Shown here in pieces: positions 12,321-24,360 of a DNA stretch of 64,000 nucleotides. The notes beneath the pieces were generated by a model. It had not been told where the DNA came from and did no database searches. It saw only the letters and a list, made by a program, of their open reading frames with translations. Both the position numbers and the translations under genes were made by a program. How positions within the stretch are numbered: the stretch's first letter is position 1; every line of letters starts with the position of its first letter. The DNA lies in assembly GCF_006345805.1 (NCBI RefSeq), contig NC_043024.1:2356001-2420000 (forward strand), given 5' to 3'. Source of the stretch: Octopus sinensis. Taxonomy: Eukaryota.

Positions 12321-12397
12321 GGCGGTGTCGATGGAAAAATATTCCTGCTTCTCAGTGTTACCGGTGACAGGCGCTTTAGTTCCCCCGGATATAATTC
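12321..12397 (-). promoter_or_regulatory. Conserved upstream module of ZF3
   Basis: AATTATATCCGGGGGAAC .. GTCACCGGT .. GGAATATT .. CGACACCGCC. Confidence 0.55.
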
Positions 12398-15300
12398 AAT
12401 ACAATCAGAAAGCGTTTCAGTTTTATTGACGTATTTGATTCTGTTGTGTCTGGGGAGAGTCGTTTTCTTTTTGTACCTTATAATGTAACATACTCACCAG
12501 TAAAATTTCCACTTATTCCATATTTTGGCGATCCTTCGGTATAAGTACCGTAAGTGGCTTTGTTTACATTTCTGAAGATAACAGAAACCCTTTTCTCCCA
12601 CCCCTAACCCTAACCACCCCCTATATATAAAAAAACAACACTTTCTTGAAATGTATCCGGTACGTATACCGAAATTACGCCCCTTATTTTTATTTCCTAA
12701 AATTTTCGTTGCGTCTTGCAACCTTTTCAAAAGTCTTTGACTCTGTCCGTTATTTACACTGCGTTCCCTTTTGTTTGTTTGTGTGCATGTGTGTGGGTCA
12801 GTGTGTACGTATGCGTGTGTGTACCTATGTATGCATGTGTATGTATATGTATGTGTGTGCATCTGAATGTACGTATCCGGAATATTTATGAGATTGCTCC
12901 AAATGCTAGAAATAGCTGTCAAATCTCTTTTGAATTATACCCTACTTCTATCTTTTCGGTTTGACCGGCAGTTTTTAACATAATTTCTAAGTAACTAAAA
13001 CATTTTAAACTTCGTATACTGGTAGAATGTGTTTATAAAACATCTTTTTCTCTTGGCTTTATTGAGAAAATTCTATGGTTTGTAAGATATTTGTTGTTTT
13101 TTTCTTCAATTTCAACCAATCACTGACGTCTATTGAGGTAAAAAACATTCTGTGCCATATGAATATGTCCCTCAGATTGGGTTTATTTACATTTGTAAAG
13201 AAAAAAAGATACCCTTCCCCCCACCCCTAACCCTAAAACAGATTGAAATGCAATAGATCGATACTAGGGTCATAATTATGGGTGACAATTTCATATGACA
13301 CCGCTAGAAAAAACTGCTGTTCAAACCGAAAAGATCCTCCTACTGTCTTAAGAAAAGTGAAGTTTGTTACAGCAGATTTAGATAGGGGTATAAAAAAAAA
13401 ACCATCTAGAACAGTGGTTGCTGACCAGTTTTGCATCACAGACCAGTGTAGTTATTTCAGATGACCATCCCTACCTCATTAAACTTACTGTTAATCCTCG
13501 AGTATAGTCCGCCCTTGAGTATAATACGCAGGGGATTTTTAGGGGGTTGTATCTCTGAAAAATCTAAACCTTGTGTATAATACGCACCCCTTCTCTAACT
13601 TGAGTCGTGCATAATTAAGCCAGCAGCACCTAGTCGAACAAACACTTCCACGCATGCATAATACAATATGCCAGAGCAGGCTGGCAAACGGCCACAATCG
13701 GTTGGTGCTTTTACGTGTCACCGACACGGATGCCAGTCAGGCAGTGCTGGCATCTGCTTTTTACGTGTCACTGGCACGGGTAACCCCTTAACATTTAAAC
13801 TGGCCATATCTGACCCAAATATTCCATGTTTTATGTTCAAACTAACCAAATCTGGCTTCTCACACCAACCCTACAATGTCATCTAAAAATAAACAATCAC
13901 ATCATTGAAATCTGGAAGCTATGTGATAATATCATGATTTATTCAAAACACCTGTCAAGCCAAGTGAACTTGTAGTAGTGGCTGAAATGCTGGTGTCACA
14001 CAAATGGCACCTGTGCCAGAGGAATGTAAAAAGCACCTTTTGAGCGCTGAGCCTCATGGAGGCTATATGGCTGATGCCGGTTACATGTGAAAAGCACCTT
14101 CTGAGTGCTGGGCCTCACAGAAGCAATGACGAATGACTGAGACTTTTGGCCATTATGCCATGCTTGAGATGACCCATCAGGCCAAGAAATATGGCAGTCA
14201 TATAGGATCTTTTCGGTTTGAACGGCAGTTTTTAAAAATAATTTCTAGGTAACTAAAAAATGTTAAACTTCGTATACTGGTAGAATGTGTTTATAAAACA
14301 TCTTTTTCTCTTGGCTTTATTGAGAAAATTCTATAGTTTGTAAGATATATTTGTTGTTTTTTTTCTTCAATTTCTGCAATTTCAACCAATCAATGACATC
14401 TATTGAGGTGAAAACATTCTGTGCTGTATGAATATGTCCCTCGTTTAAGAAACAGATTGGGTTTATTTACATTTGTGAAGAAAAAAAGATACCTTCACCC
14501 CTAACTAACCCTAACCCTAAAACAGATTGAAATGCAATAGATCGATACTAGGGTCATAATTATGGGTGACAATTTTATATGACACCGCAAGGAAAAACTG
14601 CCGTTCAAACCGAAAAGATCCGTCATGTCACACAAATGGCACCTGTGCTAGTGGCATGTCAAAGCACCCATTACACTTTCAGAGTGGTCGGCATTAAAAG
14701 GGCATCCAGCTGTAGAAACCATGCCAAATCAGACTGGGGTCTGGTGCAGCCTTCCAGCCTCGGTCAAACTGTCCCACCCATGACAGCATGGCCCACAGAT
14801 GTTAAATGATGATGAGGATGATGATGATAATGAATGGATGTGGATAAGTATTACATTTGACAAAAGCATCTGAATGCTAAAGGGTTAAGAGTTTGAATGC
14901 AAATGAAATATATTTATACACTTTAATTGCAAACAATATTTCCAAACAAAACAAGATGTTGGCACATTTATTAAAATTTACTGAATACCGATAATGGTTT
15001 CAAGTTTTGGCACAAGGCCTGCAATGTTAAGGGAGTGCGGAAAATCAATTGCATCAAAAGTGTAGATTGCATCAGGAGTGTGTATATATATATATATATA
15101 TGCGTGTATAAGTATATACGTGTATGTATGCATGTTTGTATATATGTGTGTACACACACACACGTGCGCACATACACATATATGTAATTACATATGTATG
15201 TATATACTCTTTTACTTGCTTCAGTCATTTGACTGTGGCCATGCTGGAGCAACGCATTTAAGTCGAGCAAATCGACCCCCAGGACTTATTCTATTGGTCT

Positions 15301-15832
15301 CTTTTGCCGAACCGCTAAGTTACAGGGATGTAAACACACCAGCATCAGTTGTCAAGCGATGTTGGGGGGTGGGGGGGTGGATACAAACACATACATACAT
15401 ACATATATATATATGACGAGCTTGCAGATAAAAACCAGAGCTTGACTGGTGTTTATTTTATCAAGTCTGAAAGGATGAAAAGCAAAGTCAGCCTCGGCAG
15501 AACTTGAACTCAGAACGTAAAGACCCGAAAGAAATGCCACTAAGCATTTCGGTTTGATGCTTGAAAGATTCTGCCAGCTCGCCAATAATTCTTTCATTTA
15601 CCACCAGGTTAATGAGCATTTGGGAAAGGATTCGGGTGGGGAGGAAGGAGCAATCTGAAACCTATTTCAAACCATGCCCTGCGCATAAAATCACTTTCAT
15701 CTCACCACCTGGAAATCTGAATGCAATTGTAAGTTACCAGGAGGTCAGGTGAACGGAAGCAATCTGCACAGAAATTGCTACACTGCGACAAATTGTGCAG
15801 AAATTGCTACACTGCACAGAAATTGCTACACT

Positions 15833-16426
15833 CCGTAAGGCGGCGAGCTGACACAAATGTTAGCAAACCGGGTGAAATGCTTAGCGGTATTTCGTCTGCC
15901 GCTACATCCTGAGTTCAAATTCGGCTGAGGTCGACTTTGCCTTTCATCCTTTCGGAGTCGATTAAATAAGTACCAGTTACGCACTGGGGATCGATGTAAT
16001 CGACTTAATCCGTGTGCCTGTCCTTGTTTGTCCCATCTGTGTTTAGCCCCTTGTGGGTAGTAAAGAAATAGGTATTTCGTCTGCCGCTACATCCTGAGTT
16101 CAAATTTGGCTGAGGTCGACTTTGCCTTTCATCCTTTCGGAGTCGATTAAATAAGTAGCAGTTACACACTGGGGGTCGATGTAATCGACTTAATCCGTTT
16201 GTTCCCTCTGTGTTTAGCCCCTCGTGGGTAGTAAAGAAATAGGTATTTCGTCTGTCGTTATGTTCTGAGTTCAAATTCCACCGAGGTCGACTTTGCCTTT
16301 CCTCCTTTCGGGGTCAATAAATAAAGTACCAGTTTCACACTGGGGTCGATGTAATCGACTTAATCTCTTTGTCTGTCCTTGTTTGTGCCCTCTATGTTTG
16401 GCCCCCTGTGGGTAATAAAGGAATAC
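15833..16426 (+). mobile_element. SINE family A, 3 tandem units
   Basis: 14-bp TSD GAAATTGCTACACT at 15819-15832 / 16427-16440. Confidence 0.85.
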
Positions 16427-16548
16427 GAAATTGCTACACTGAGAGTAATTTGAAATCAATTTCGGATTACTCGGAGGTAAATTGAGATTTTACAGCTGCC
16501 TCGAATTACAGGTGGATTATAAATTTAGATTTCAAAGAGAAAGCTTCC

Positions 16549-18120
16549 TCACGTTTCATATATGATAGGGCCCTCGCTTGTATGTACTTGTACATGCCTT
16601 TTTAAGTGACTGTGTGCAATAAATTTTTTCCCACATATATTACAGTGAAACGGTTTTTCCCCTGTGTGTATTCGTCTGTGGATCGTCAAATCGCTGTTTG
16701 AGGTGAACGGCTTGCCACAGGCTTCGCAATGGAACGGTTTATCCCCAGAGTGTATTCTTCTGTGAACGATAAGATTCGAATTCCGCGCAAAAGCTTTCCC
16801 ACAGATTTTACAATCAAACGGTTTCAATCCCGTGTGCGTACGTTCATGAGTTGATAAATCACTTTTACACACAAAACACTTTCCACAGATTTCGCAACGG
16901 TAAGGTTTTTCTCCCGTATGAATTCTTCTGTGAACTATAAAATAGGAATTCTGCGCAAAAGATTTTCCACAAATGTCACAGAGAAACGGTCGTTCTCCCG
17001 TATGAATTCGTTTATGAGTTGTTAAATGGCTAAAATCAAGAAAATATGTCCCACAGATTTCACAGGGAAAAGGGTTTTCTCCTGTATGAATTCGTTTGTG
17101 TTTGTTTAAGTCGTCTTTGGTGACGAACGATTTTCCGCACGTTTCGCAGTAAACCAGGTTTTCCCCAGTATGTCTCCGTTTGTGCTTTACCACATTGTTC
17201 TTAGAGGCGAAAGATTTCCCACAGATATCACAATGAAAGCGTTTTTTCCCACTGTGTCTGAGTCTATGTTTTGTCAAGTAACTGTCAGATTTAAAAGATT
17301 TCCCACAAAGATCACAGTCATAAGGTTTCCCCCCAGCGTGCTCACATGCGTGAATAACAAGATCTGCATCACAAACGAACGTTTTCTCACACACTTTACA
17401 ATTAAATGGTTTCGGGGGAATATGTACAGCTTCGTGCTTTCTTAACTCACCATTACTGACAAAAGATTTCGAACATATTTCACAATGGAACGGTTTCTCT
17501 CCCGTATGACGACGAATGTGGATAACAAGTTTCGAACTATCAATAAAAGTTCCTCCGCATATTTTACAGTGGAATGGTTTCTCCCGAGTGTGTGAAGTCG
17601 TGTGTTTCGTTAATTCACCATTCGTAACAAACGATTTCGAACATACATCGCATTCGAACGGTTTTTCTCCAGTGTGACGACGAATATGAATAACAAGTTT
17701 CGATCTTTCAATAAAAGCTTCTCCACAGATTTCGCAACGAAACCGTTTCTCCCCCGTGTGTATTCGTCTGTGTCTCTTTAAATCGCTGTTGGAAATAAAA
17801 GACTTCTTACATATTTCACAATGGAAAGGTTTCTCTCCCGTGTGAATACGTTTGTGGATAACAAAATGAGAATCTCTTAAGAAAAACTTCTCACAGATTT
17901 CACAAAAAGGTTTGTCTGTCTTGTGTATTTCTTTGTGTGCGAAGGCCTCCTCTTCGGAAAGAAATGTTCTGCTACAAAGATCACAGCTATATTCAGTGAC
18001 ATTCCTGTTCGAGGATCTTCCTTCTGTCACCCTTTCTTCACAAACAGGTTCTTCCCTCTTGGATGTCTCTGTAATTAAATCTACATCGTTAGAAGAGTCC
18101 AAGTGATCAACGTCTCCCAT
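16549..18120 (-). CDS. ZF4: C2H2 zinc-finger protein, 17 fingers
   Basis: 523-aa ORF, 17 fingers, ends ..IIYET*. Confidence 0.94.
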   Translation of the reverse strand: MGDVDHLDSSNDVDLITETSKREEPVCEERVTEGRSSNRNVTEYSCDLCSRTFLSEEEAFAHKEIHKTDKPFCEICEKFFLRDSHFVIHKRIHTGEKPFHCEICKKSFISNSDLKRHRRIHTGEKRFRCEICGEAFIERSKLVIHIRRHTGEKPFECDVCSKSFVTNGELTKHTTSHTREKPFHCKICGGTFIDSSKLVIHIRRHTGEKPFHCEICSKSFVSNGELRKHEAVHIPPKPFNCKVCEKTFVCDADLVIHACEHAGGKPYDCDLCGKSFKSDSYLTKHRLRHSGKKRFHCDICGKSFASKNNVVKHKRRHTGENLVYCETCGKSFVTKDDLNKHKRIHTGENPFPCEICGTYFLDFSHLTTHKRIHTGERPFLCDICGKSFAQNSYFIVHRRIHTGEKPYRCEICGKCFVCKSDLSTHERTHTGLKPFDCKICGKAFARNSNLIVHRRIHSGDKPFHCEACGKPFTSNSDLTIHRRIHTGEKPFHCNICGKKFIAHSHLKRHVQVHTSEGPIIYET

Positions 18121-18254
18121 ACTAATTAACGAATGCTTACACGTTCACAAATGTCCATACATATAATGTATTAGGGTCCAATTGCTTGTCTTTGATGTCC
18201 TAACACAGTTTTTAACAAGATTTCAGGAAAATCAATTTCCTTCATACAAAGTCG

Positions 18255-18327
18255 GGCGGTGTAGTTGATAATTTTTCCCTTCTCTTAATGACAACGGCGT
18301 CGTTAGTTGAATGTCCCTAATATAAAT
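18255..18327 (-). promoter_or_regulatory. Conserved upstream module of ZF4
   Basis: AATTTATATTAGGGACA .. GACGCCGT .. GGGAAAAATT .. CTACACCGCC. Confidence 0.5.
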
Positions 18328-19554
18328 TAATACAATCAGAAACGTTTGTAATTAAGTTGATTAAGGCGGTGATCAAGCAGAATCGTTAGCACGCCAGACA
18401 AAATGCGGCATTTTGCCCGTCTTTACGTTCTGAGTTCAAATTCCACCGAGGTCGATGAAACGAATACTGGTCCAGCACTGGGGTTGATGTAATCGATTAG
18501 GCCCCCTCGCCTGCTGAACTATTACACGAATAAACATGTAGATATTCAGATCTAATTATATACACCCTGTGTTGGTTGGTTGATGTTCCAACCATGATTT
18601 ACGTTATGTATAATCTTATTTACATATATAACATATGAAGCCTGGTTTCACCTGGTCTGTTTGGATGATGTGGCTGTGATCGTTTTCGGTTAGGCATAAT
18701 CTATAACAGCGTTTCTCAACCTCATCATTTCAGGTCCCCCGTTTCGATTGGAGCCTCCAGCAGTATGAAAATTTCCTCACCCCCACCCCACACCAACTTG
18801 TATTAAAACAGCTTCAGGAGTTGTGAAGAACGAATTTGTACCAAAAAAAAAGTTTTACCTGAAATGCATGTCGAACTGGGACGTACATGACATTGTACGA
18901 AAATATCTTTTTTACTTTTAACACCTGAAAATTCTTACTGCTAATTCCTTAGAATTTCACTGGAGCAGCATAAAAGGCATCAAGGTGTTTATTTGCATTG
19001 GCCCTGAAATTCCCAAAAATGCTTATGACTTTGCTGGAGAAAAATGCCTGTGGTCACAATTCTCATGGCTATAAACTTGCTCAACTTTATCATTTACTCT
19101 TCCCCAAAGTCCATCCCCTCCTCACCGTGGTGGGCACACTGGCAACGGGTAGTGTCAGAGCTATGCCATCGGGAACTTCGGTCCCTGGTAGGGGCCACCC
19201 AAGGCGGATTGGTCTTACACCGAGTGGTATTAGGGCCACAACCCGGCAGACGAGGTTCTGGTGAAAATCCTCAGAGTGTCTGTTTCGCCAACTGACGGCT
19301 CCTCGGTCATTCTGCCCCTGCGTCTGCGGACAAAATGCGGCAAACAGGATGTCTCTACCACTTGTGAAATCCACATATTCCCACGAAACTTCTTCCATGA
19401 ATTCTCAATGGTGAATACAATGCCTCGAGATTGGTGGAAGAAGCCAACTCAACCTGCCCAGGGTGATTGTTGCCACATGTACAATTAAGTAAGTACCTCT
19501 GTCTGGCAAAGTACTCAACCAGTGATAATCTGTCACTCTAAACATTTGTCAACT

Positions 19555-20340
19555 GAAAAGAAGGCTTTTGATAGGGGTCACAATTTGTAATCTGGTGGTT
19601 ACTAAGGAGACTAGGCACAGATGAATGGCTTTTGAATGCCATGTAAAACATGTACAGAGGTGCAGTCAGCAATTTGAGAATTAGCAATGAACGCAGGGAT
19701 GAATTTAGCTTGCAGATAGTGATTCATTAAGGTTCAGACCTCAAACACCTCTCTCTGATAGTCCTCAGGAGTAGACCCAAGAAAAGGGGGAAAGTGCTGA
19801 AGAGCACGTGCCCCACCTCAAGAAAAGAAGTGCACCCTTCTAAATAATATTATTACATTTTTTTCTCCTGGAAGTGTATTCCCTTATGACCTATATATAT
19901 ATATATACAAATATATGGGAAACTACCACCTGTATCATCTCTCGTGAAAGGTAGAAGAGTCCAGTTTGCTGGACATTGTTGTAGAGCTGAAAACGAGGCA
20001 ATTTCTCCTCTTCTCCTCTGGAAGCCATCTACTCACAATACCAGAGGGCGCACACTCTCCTACCCAAGTGTAATCTCCAGGGATACAGGCATCCAGCAAC
20101 AGGACCTCCGTAATGCTATGATGGACCGTGAAGTCTGGTGTAACATAGTAAATTCCATTGTCTCGACCACGGTCGAACAATGATGATGATCTGACCTTGT
20201 TCCCTCTCTTTGAAAAATTCCTGGAACTGCACCCGGTCCTTCAGGATATAACAGGAGAGTTTAAGACCAACTGTCTATGATAACACCTGTATGCTGATAA
20301 CCTGGTTCTTATAATTAAATTTGTATTCTAATTAGAGAAA
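19555..20340 (+). mobile_element. Old decayed RTE-type RT fragment interrupted by a second LINE 3' end (19935-20190)
   Basis: AFD..WWLLRRLG..MYRGAVS and LYADNLVLI remnants. The inner piece reads RRVQFAGHCCRAENE..MMDREVW and ends in a TGA-repeat tail. Confidence 0.65.
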
Positions 20341-21050
20341 AAAAAATCAGACATGGAAGTAAAACTCAGAAACAAGCAGAAACTATAATTTCAGTGAGGA
20401 GGAAAGAAGACAGAACACTTGATAACAACGGGGAAACGGCTGTGTTGAGTAAGCAGAAAAAGAATATGGAGAAATTGCCTTTGGTGTACTCAGTGTAGTG
20501 AGGCATGTGGATTATTAGTTAGGGGTGTTGGACTCAGGTTCATAAGATTGTTGTTTCAATTCCTGGACCAGGCGACGCGTTGTGTTCTTGAGCAAACCAC
20601 TTCATTTCACGTTGCTCCAGTCCACTCAGCTGGCAAAAATGAATAATCCTGCAATGGTCTGGCATCCTGTCCAGGGAGGAATATACGTGCCACAGAAACT
20701 TGCCCTGCAAGTCTATGGAAGACTATACTCAGTATGAATTACATAAGTACAAAATGTGTAGTGGAAACCGAGTTAAGCTAATGGAGGAGTTAGGCTTTAG
20801 ATATAAATGCACAGAAGCAGTAAGAGTGTATGGGAAGTAGATCCTTTCAAATACTTAGAAGGCCCCTTAGCAAAGGTGAGCATCATTAATTGAAAAGTTA
20901 ACTTTGTTAATTTATAATCTGTTAACCAAAAAGTTAACGATTAATCAGTTAATCATTTCCTAATGTAATGGAAGTTATCAATAAACTGTTAGCATTAATT
21001 TTTATTCTAGAGAAACAAGAAATCAGTTTTTGCTCTAAAAACACCTTTAA

Positions 21051-21259
21051 CCCTTTAGTATTTAAACCGGCTAAAATAGCTAATCTGTTTTCTGTTCAAA
21101 CTGACCAGATCCAGGCCCTCACACCTACCCTACAATGTTATTCTACATTAAGTAATTACACCATCAAGATCTTGAAGATATGAGATAATGCATGATTAAT
21201 TCAAATCAATGGGAATCAATAGGCATTATGTTTGATTGAATAATCAGAACACTAAAGGG
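21051..21259. mobile_element. piggyBac-type MITE, second family
   Basis: TTAA|CCCTTTAG ... CTAAAGGG|TTAA. Relatives at 28274-28487 and a split copy at ~13783-14888. Confidence 0.78.
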
Positions 21260-21710
21260 TTAAAAAGTGACAAAACTATAAAATCCATTAACTTTAATTG
21301 AATTGAAGTTAACGGAAATTAAATGTAACAGAAGTTAATTAGTCCAATAATGATTTCCTAAGTTAACTTAAAAGTTAAATCATTAACGAATATGTGAACT
21401 TCATTAATTTAACGATTAATGGTTTGGTGCCCAGGTTTGCTTCTTTGATATAGTTGAGTTTTTATTTACTTGGGGATCTTATGAACAGGATGTTTTAAAA
21501 GTATAATTGCCAGAGTAAGAATGGGGTGGAGAAAGTTTAGGGCACTATTACTTTTGCTCGTAACAAAGGCATTTTGCTCTGTTAGCCCTGTAGCAGGATG
21601 TGTAGCAGATGAAACAGGAATGTGAATGACATCAAAGTAAAACAATGGAAAAGCATTGGATTGTGGTTTAATTTATTTATTTAATTGAAACTTGCATTTA
21701 TGTGTTGTAT

Positions 21711-22044
21711 CATCATCATCGTTTAACGTCTGCTTTCCATGCTAGCATGGGTTGGACGATTTGACTGAGGACTGGCGAACCAGATGGCTGCACCAGGCTC
21801 CAGTCTTGATTTGGCAGTGTTTCTGCAGCAGAATGCCCTTCCTAACGCCAACCACTCTAAGAGTGCCAGTAGCACATAAAAGCACCCACTACACTCTCGG
21901 AGTGGTTGGCATCCAGCTGTAGAAACTCTGCCAAATCAAGACTGGAGCCTGGTGCAGCCATCTGGTTCACCAGTACTCAGTCAAAATCGTCCAACCCATG
22001 CCAGCATTGAAAGCAGACGTTAAACGATGATGAAGATGATGATG
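21711..22044. repeat. Head-to-head pair of RTE 3'-end fragments (inverted repeat, ~140-bp arms)
   Basis: Arm 21711-21858 (-) and arm 21899-22044 (+). The same RTE tail occurs at 1-75, 3360-3605, 9727-9930, 14640-14830, 22105-22290, 28990-29180, 38995-39200, 46140-46540, 47175-47325 and 63155-63365. Confidence 0.8.
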
Positions 22045-22294
22045 TGTATGTGTGTGTGTGTGTATAGGGTTAGAGATGCTAATGTTTATGTATAATAATC
22101 CTGTGCCGGCGACACGTAAAAGCACCCACTACACTCTCAGAGTGGTTGGCATTAGGAAGGGCATCCAGCTGTAGAAACTCTGCCAAATCAAGACTGGAGC
22201 CTGGTGCAGCCATCTGGTTCACCAGTCCTCAGTCAAATCGTCCAACCCATGCTAGCATGGAAAGCAGACGTTAAACGATGTTGATGATGATTCT

Positions 22295-22691
22295 TTGGTG
22301 AGATGTTATATTACAGGTATCATGGGAAGATTTCCAACATATTTCACAGTGATAGAGGTTTTCTTAGTATGTATTTTTAATTTCTTTTTTGTAAACTACA
22401 AAATAGGATTTCAGAGTCAAAGTTTTCCCACAAATTTCACAGTTAAACTTCTTTTTTTAAGTGTGTTCTTTTGTGAAGTATTAAGTTACAGCTGTCACAA
22501 AAAGATTTTCCACAAATTTGTTAGTTAAACTTTTTTTTTTCACAAGTGTTATTTTGTAAAATGTTAAGTTACAGCTGATTTGAAAAGATTTTCCACAAAT
22601 TTCTTAGTTTAACAATTTTTTTTTTCAAGTGTGTTCTTTTGTGACTTGTTAAGTCAGAGCTGCCACAAAAAAGATTTTCCACAAATTTCAG
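22295..22691 (-). pseudogene. Decayed zinc-finger repeats downstream of the ZF5 stop
   Basis: About 5 units of ~80 nt, each with GAAATTTGTGGAAAATCTTT (EICGKS)-like sequence. Linkers are replaced by A-runs. Confidence 0.75.
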
Positions 22692-24107
22692 CTAAACTTT
22701 TTTCCTCAAATGTGTTCTTTTGTGAGGTGTTAAATTACGGCTATCACGGAAAGATTTTCCACAAATTTCACACTGAAAAGGTTTCTCTCCAGAGTGAATT
22801 CTTTTGTGGGTAGTCAGATTACTACTATTAAGAAATGACTTCCCACAAGTCTTACAACGATAAGGCTTTTCCCCAGTATGTATCCTTATGTGTATCGTCA
22901 GGTTACTACTATCAAGAAAAAATTTCCCACAGATTTCACAGTGAAACGGTTTTTCCCCCGTGTGAGTCCTTATGTGTGTTACTAACTTACTTTTACACAC
23001 AAATGACTTTCCGCAAGTTTCACAACGGAATGGTCTTTCTCCGGTGTGACTACGTACGTGGATAACAAAATTAAAATTATTAATGAAAGACTTTCCGCAC
23101 ACTTCACAACGAAACAGCTTTTCCCCCGTGTGGATTTTTCTGTGAACGACGAGGCTGGACTTCTGAGTAAAACATTTTCCACACGTTTCGCAACGGAAAC
23201 GTCTTTCTCCCGTATGCGTAATTTTATGTGTTTTTAAATCACTGTTAGACACAAAGGCCTTCCCACAGGTTTCGCAGTGATAGGGCTTTTCTCCCGTATG
23301 CCTTCTCTTATGAACGACAAGATGATTATTTTGGGTGAAAGATTTCCCACACATTTTACACTGAAACCGTTTCTCCCCGCTGTGTATTAATTTATGAGTT
23401 GTTAAATTACTCCTATCGAGAAAAGATTTCCCACAAACATCACAAGAAGAAGGTTTTTCTCCCGTATGTACCCTTCGGTGCCGTATCAAATGATTATTCG
23501 AGACGAAAGGCTTCTCACATATTTCACAGTGAAATGGTTCTTCTCCATCGTGTTTTCCTTTATGCGTATTTAAATCACTAATATGATGAAAAGATATCCC
23601 ACATATTTCACAGTTTAACGGATTTCCTTCAGAGTGTATCCGTTCATGCCTTGCTAAATTACTCTTGGAGACGAAAGATTTCCTACATGTTCTACAGTGG
23701 AACGGTTTTTCGCCGGTATGGCTCCGGAGGTGAATGACAAGGTTCAATTTCTTAATGAATGTTTTCCCGCAGATTTCACAGCCGAAAGGCTTTTCCCCGG
23801 TATGAATCCTTTTGTGAACGACAAGGTGAGAATTCTGCTTGAATGATCTGCCACAAATTTCACACTGATATGGTTTTACCTTCTTCTTCTTCTCGTGAAT
23901 TTCTTTGTGTATGGAGACTTCGTGTTGCGAAGAAAAGGTTTTCCTACAAACCTCACATCTGTATTCAGTAATATTCCCCTGTATTGACTTCTGTTCAACG
24001 ACATTTTCACCACACAAAGGCTTCTCCCCGTTGGATGCCAGCATCACTGATTCCACATCTTTAACAATCGTCTTCCCAGAAGGGTCCAAATGGTTAACGC
24101 CTTCCAT
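22692..24107 (-). CDS. ZF5: C2H2 zinc-finger protein, 15 fingers
   Basis: ORF 22692..24113 opens at GTG. The ATG at 24107 (MEGVNHLD) matches the paralog starts. 15 fingers. Confidence 0.93.
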   Translation of the reverse strand: MEGVNHLDPSGKTIVKDVESVMLASNGEKPLCGENVVEQKSIQGNITEYRCEVCRKTFSSQHEVSIHKEIHEKKKKVKPYQCEICGRSFKQNSHLVVHKRIHTGEKPFGCEICGKTFIKKLNLVIHLRSHTGEKPFHCRTCRKSFVSKSNLARHERIHSEGNPLNCEICGISFHHISDLNTHKGKHDGEEPFHCEICEKPFVSNNHLIRHRRVHTGEKPSSCDVCGKSFLDRSNLTTHKLIHSGEKRFQCKMCGKSFTQNNHLVVHKRRHTGEKPYHCETCGKAFVSNSDLKTHKITHTGERRFRCETCGKCFTQKSSLVVHRKIHTGEKLFRCEVCGKSFINNFNFVIHVRSHTGERPFRCETCGKSFVCKSKLVTHIRTHTGEKPFHCEICGKFFLDSSNLTIHIRIHTGEKPYRCKTCGKSFLNSSNLTTHKRIHSGEKPFQCEICGKSFRDSRNLTPHKRTHLRKKV

Positions 24108-24236
24108 TTTCACTGATCGGAAATCCGTAACAGCTAAGAAATGTCAGTATCTATAATCCATTATGGTTCGATCTTTCTGAGTAATCCGATTTTCCTAACA
24201 TGAAATAAATTAAATTAATTCCGAAGAAAACAATTT

Positions 24237-24307
24237 CGCGACGTTGGAAAACTTTCCCAAACCGCAAATAAACCGGTGACGAAAGAAAACTGTCCCTCAT
24301 ACAATTT
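24237..24307 (-). promoter_or_regulatory. Conserved upstream module of ZF5
   Basis: AAATTGTATGAGGGACA .. GTCACCGGT .. GGGAAAGTT .. CCAACGTCGCG. Confidence 0.5.
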
Positions 24308-24360
24308 ATTACATCCAGCATCACATTCAGTTTCTCCTTTCCTTTGTGTCTAATCCAGTG

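Noticed and set aside
12600-12620. Interstitial telomere-like CTAACCCTAACC motifs (several sites)
   Set aside because: Only 2-3 units each and always internal to MITEs M1-M3; not telomere fusion relics.
21760-21790. CTGAGGA followed by a CTGG-CGAA-CCAG hairpin in RTE tails
   Set aside because: No GAAA or stem III follows, so it is not a hammerhead.
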